Below, piece after piece: positions 60,282 to 64,000 of a stretch of DNA of 64,000 bases (its first letter is position 1; the number at the start of each line of letters is the position of its first letter). The stretch covers positions 7,750,001-7,814,000 of the forward strand of contig CP075497.1 in the NCBI GenBank assembly GCA_021613535.1. Reading direction: 5' to 3'. A program made the translations under genes and the position numbers. The notes below the pieces were generated by a model. It was not told the origin of the DNA, ran no database searches, and saw only the letters and a list, made by a program, of their open reading frames with translations. The DNA comes from Adineta vaga (Eukaryota; Animalia; Rotifera).

Positions 60282-63147
60282 ATGAAACTGATCCTTACGA
60301 CAATAAGAACATTGTTTGTAGTGATTTTATTCTTCTCGTTCAACAACGCCTTTTATCTACCTGGCTTAGCACCAAACATTTATTGTCGACAATCTGTTGC
60401 AGATTCGAAATGCAAAGTTAGTTCTATACAAATGAAGAAAAGAAGCAGATTCTTGTATTGAATAAATTTTTATTTAGACCCAAGTAGATGTATTTGTTAA
60501 TCGTTTGGATTCAGTGGAATCTGTTCTACCATATGAATATTCTTAGTTAGTTAAATCTGTTTGAAGAAAAACAAATGAGAATTCTTTTTCTTTTTCCTAA
60601 ACTAGTTTTGATTTTTGTACAGTTAGTGATAAACCATCACCTGTTGAAAATCTTGGACAAGTTCTTTTCGGTGAACGAATTCGTCCATCGCCATATAAAG
60701 TTTGTTCTTATTATTTTGATGACTTCTAAAACGTTAGGAAATTAAATATTTTTTTCTTCTTTAGTTTAATTTTCTTGAAAGTATTGAATGTAAACTTGCA
60801 TGTAAAAGGAGATATTCAGTTACAGATGACAAAGAACAAAAATTTCTCAAACGTTTAATGAAAGGTATGGCCTTGAATTATCAACAGCATTGGATTATTG
60901 ATAATATGCCTGTGACATTATGTTATACGAATGCTGAAGAGAAAGAATTTTGTTCACGAGGATTTCCTATTGGTTGTTATGTAACGAAAAGAGGAGAATC
61001 GAAAGAATCATGTAATATTAGGAATGGAAAAAATGATACGTTTTATATATTTAATCATTTGGATTTTGAAATTAGTTATCATAGTGGACAAGGTATGATG
61101 ATTATTAAACATTGATTTATCTATAGAGAAATGATTTCAAATAGGTGAATCATGGGGAACAGCATTTGGAGATGAAGGTGGTCGAATTATTGCAGCTAAA
61201 GTTCAAGTTAGCAGGTATGTTAAGAACATACTAATCGAAAATACATGAAATTTAGTTTTATTCATATGTTTATTTGTAGTTTAAATTCAGAGAATTGTGT
61301 ACGTCGTGTTGAACCTGTTATGTTTCAATCTACGGCAACAGATGTAGTCATTCCATATACTTATAGTGTGAAATTTAAAAGAAATAATGATGTACGATGG
61401 GCTAGTCGATGGGATTATATTCTTAAATCATTACCCCAAACGCGTATTCAATGGTTTTCAATCTTTAATTCACTTGTAATCGCGTTATTTTTGTCTGGTA
61501 TGGTCGCAATGATTCTTTTGCGTACATTGTATAAAGACATTGCACGTTATAATCAAATAGTTGATGCGATCAATGAAGTAAAGGAAAGAGTTTTTTTCGC
61601 TTCAAAATGTTTATTTCATTGCTTCTATTAGGATGATGTTCAAGAGGAATTTGGTTGGAAATTGTACGTTTCATTTTTATTACGAATGTATAATGATTTG
61701 TTTTTCTTCTAGAGTTCATGGTGATGTATTTCGATCGCCACGTTATGGATTACTTTTAGCAGTTCTTATTGGTAATGGTGTACAAATAACTATCATGTCT
61801 TTAGTAACATTAAGTATATTGATCTCTTTTGATTTTCAATCATTTTTATTAATGATAAATTCATTTAGTTTTTGCTTGTCTTGGATTTCTTTCTCCGGCA
61901 CGTCGTGGTGCTTTAATGACTTGTAAATATTCTATGATAATCTTATTTTCACAGCTGTTTATTGTTTTTTTTCAGGTGCGATTGTGTGCTATGTTCTGTT
62001 GGGGACACCAGCTGGATATACATCAGCACGTTTGTATAAATGTAAGAATGTCATAAACTCTAGTTGATTCTGAATCGAATGAATTTCAATATTTTTTCTT
62101 TAGTATTTGGTGGTGAGAATAGAAAGAAAAATGTGATGATGACAGCCGTCGCTTGTCCTGGGTAATGAACAACTACTGAATACAAATTCAGATATATATA
62201 TTCTGAGTTATTTTAGTGTTATTTTTGGTATATTTTTTATTTTGAATCTTGTTCTATGGGCAAATGGTAGTTCTGCAGCAATTCCTTTTACAACATTTCT
62301 CGCATTATTAGCTCTATGGTTTTGTGTATCAACTCCATTGGTATTTTTTGGAGCTTTTCTTGGTTTTCGAGCTACAGTAAGATGAAAGTTAACAAGTATT
62401 TTTAATCTTCATATGAATTATTTAGCCTTTGAGAAATCCCATTCGAACAAATCAAATACCTCGACAAGTACCTGAACAAACATTCTATACTAAATTGTTT
62501 CCAAGTAGATTTTCATTCGTATTTTAAAACTATCGAATGAATTAAAATTTTCGTAGGTGTTATCATGGGTGGTATACTTCCATTTGGTTGTATTTTTATT
62601 CAATTATTTTTTATTTTAAATAGTATCTGGTAAATTGTTTTTTCTTATATTTAATTAGATATACTTCTTTGATTGTAGGGCTCATCAATATTATTATTTC
62701 TTTGGATTTTTATTGGTTGTTTATATCATTCTGATTTTAACATGTTCTGAAACAACTATTCTTCTCTGTTATTTTCATTTATGTGCTGAAGTATGTGTTT
62801 GAATTCGATTTCGAACGAAAAGTAATCTTAAATTTTAGGATTATAATTGGTGGTGGCGTTCATTTTTTACATCGGGTTTTACGGCTGTTTATTTCTTTTT
62901 ATATTCAATTTATTATTTTGCATCAAAATTAGAAATATCTGAAGGTACATCAACATTTCTCTATTTTGGTTATACATTAATGTTAACATTTATCTTATTT
63001 TTATTTACCGGTAAGTTCAACAAATATGTATGCAAACGAAGAAGAAATAAAATCTCATTCGTTTTCTTTCTATTCAAAGGTACAATTGGTTTTCTTGCTT
63101 GTTTCTGGTTTCTTCGTACAATTTATTCTGTGATTCGAGTAGATTAA
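60282..63147 (+). CDS. TM9SF2: Transmembrane 9 superfamily member 2
   Basis: [80 protein letters not shown] and WWWRSF motifs across many short-intron exons. Confidence 0.95.
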
Positions 63148-63825
63148 AATAAATAATATACTGTTAGTATATTTATTATACAATCTCCTATTCATTCTTT
63201 TTTTCATTCTATTTGGATTTAATAGTGAAATATGTCGTATATTTCGTCAGTTCTTTTGCTTTCGTATCATATATATATATATATATATAACGTTGATATT
63301 TTTTGCGTTCGTTTTCCTTTGTCCGCTGCGTACATATCGAATATGTTCTACATGAGCGATAAACAGACTGATCATTCATTCTCAGTTAATGATAATAATA
63401 CATAAAAATATTTGTTTTTTAAATCTGTATTTTTTTGTTGTGATTTTATTTGAATTCTAATCTTTCTTCGTCTTAAATCTCTTTCGTTTGTTATGATAAA
63501 ATAAACAGAAGAATAAAATATGAAATAATGTAGGAATTGCATAGCATCTAAGCAGACAACCGAATAGGAGAGTATATACAATATTGATTTGAAAAAGAAA
63601 AGAAAAAACTAGTGAAGCATACAATTACTACTTATCAATGGTTTTTTATCTAAAATATAAATAGATTTCTACTTTTTTTTCGTTCTTCAATTAGACAAAA
63701 AACCTAAATATATATATTGACACTCCACCTCCTCATTTACATATATCGCTACATACATATCTGTGTATATAAACGACAGTAATATTCATGATTTCATTGT
63801 ATAACCTATTCCAATTTTAGATTTG

Positions 63826-64000
63826 ATGCTTCCAACTGTTGCAACGCTCACGAACATCTGTGAAGATGCTCTTTTGTCAGCAAAAATTGATCAAATCGAT
63901 CTCAAACCTTTTAATCGTCAATTCATTAATGAAGAATATTTAAATAGAACTTCAACGAATTGTGATGATAATATTGATACTTCATCATTATTCTCTCCAA
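63826..64000 (+). CDS. Start of an unidentified gene, truncated by the window end
   Basis: Acceptor ttttag at ~63820, then an open frame MLPTVATLTNICEDALLSAKIDQ... to the end of the window. Confidence 0.4.
   Translation, partial: MLPTVATLTNICEDALLSAKIDQIDLKPFNRQFINEEYLNRTSTNCDDNIDTSSLFSP

Overview
AT-rich (~30% GC) animal genomic DNA, gene-dense, with mostly 45-70 nt GT-AG introns and interspersed bacterial/fungal-type enzyme genes. This combination is typical of a bdelloid rotifer (inference; no search run). About 30 genes can be assembled by hand from splice sites. Conserved genes: NUP188-like, EMC5/MMGT1, CutC, pyruvate dehydrogenase phosphatase, a divergent GSK3, CLIP-170, VRK, TAF5, LSM5, an ALK4/5/7-type TGF-beta receptor, two inverted CSRP/MLP copies, SNX19-like, an STS/UBASH3-type His phosphatase, RCC1-like and TM9SF2. 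Most notable observations: (1) a USPL1-like gene that appears to have lost its catalytic residues and carries a GC-rich 165-nt poison exon beginning with an AG|GTAAG site and repeated splice-site-like motifs, a candidate snRNP-sensing feedback switch; (2) a 3-kb NUP188 intron hosting three antisense orphan genes for C-terminally membrane-anchored proteins; (3) a 17-25 kb accessory island with a U-box-Rab fusion, a stand-alone PARP zinc-finger protein, an unannotated Cys-rich secreted peptide, a Ly6-mucin-EGF-ShK protein and an intronless glycosidase-like gene; (4) inverted CSRP paralogs with patchy intron-level identity, suggesting gene conversion; (5) HGT-type genes at different stages, namely an intron-bearing GH32 with a PAN insert and a decaying APH pseudogene. 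No rRNA, tRNA or CRISPR was seen. Family calls come from recalled motifs, not database searches.
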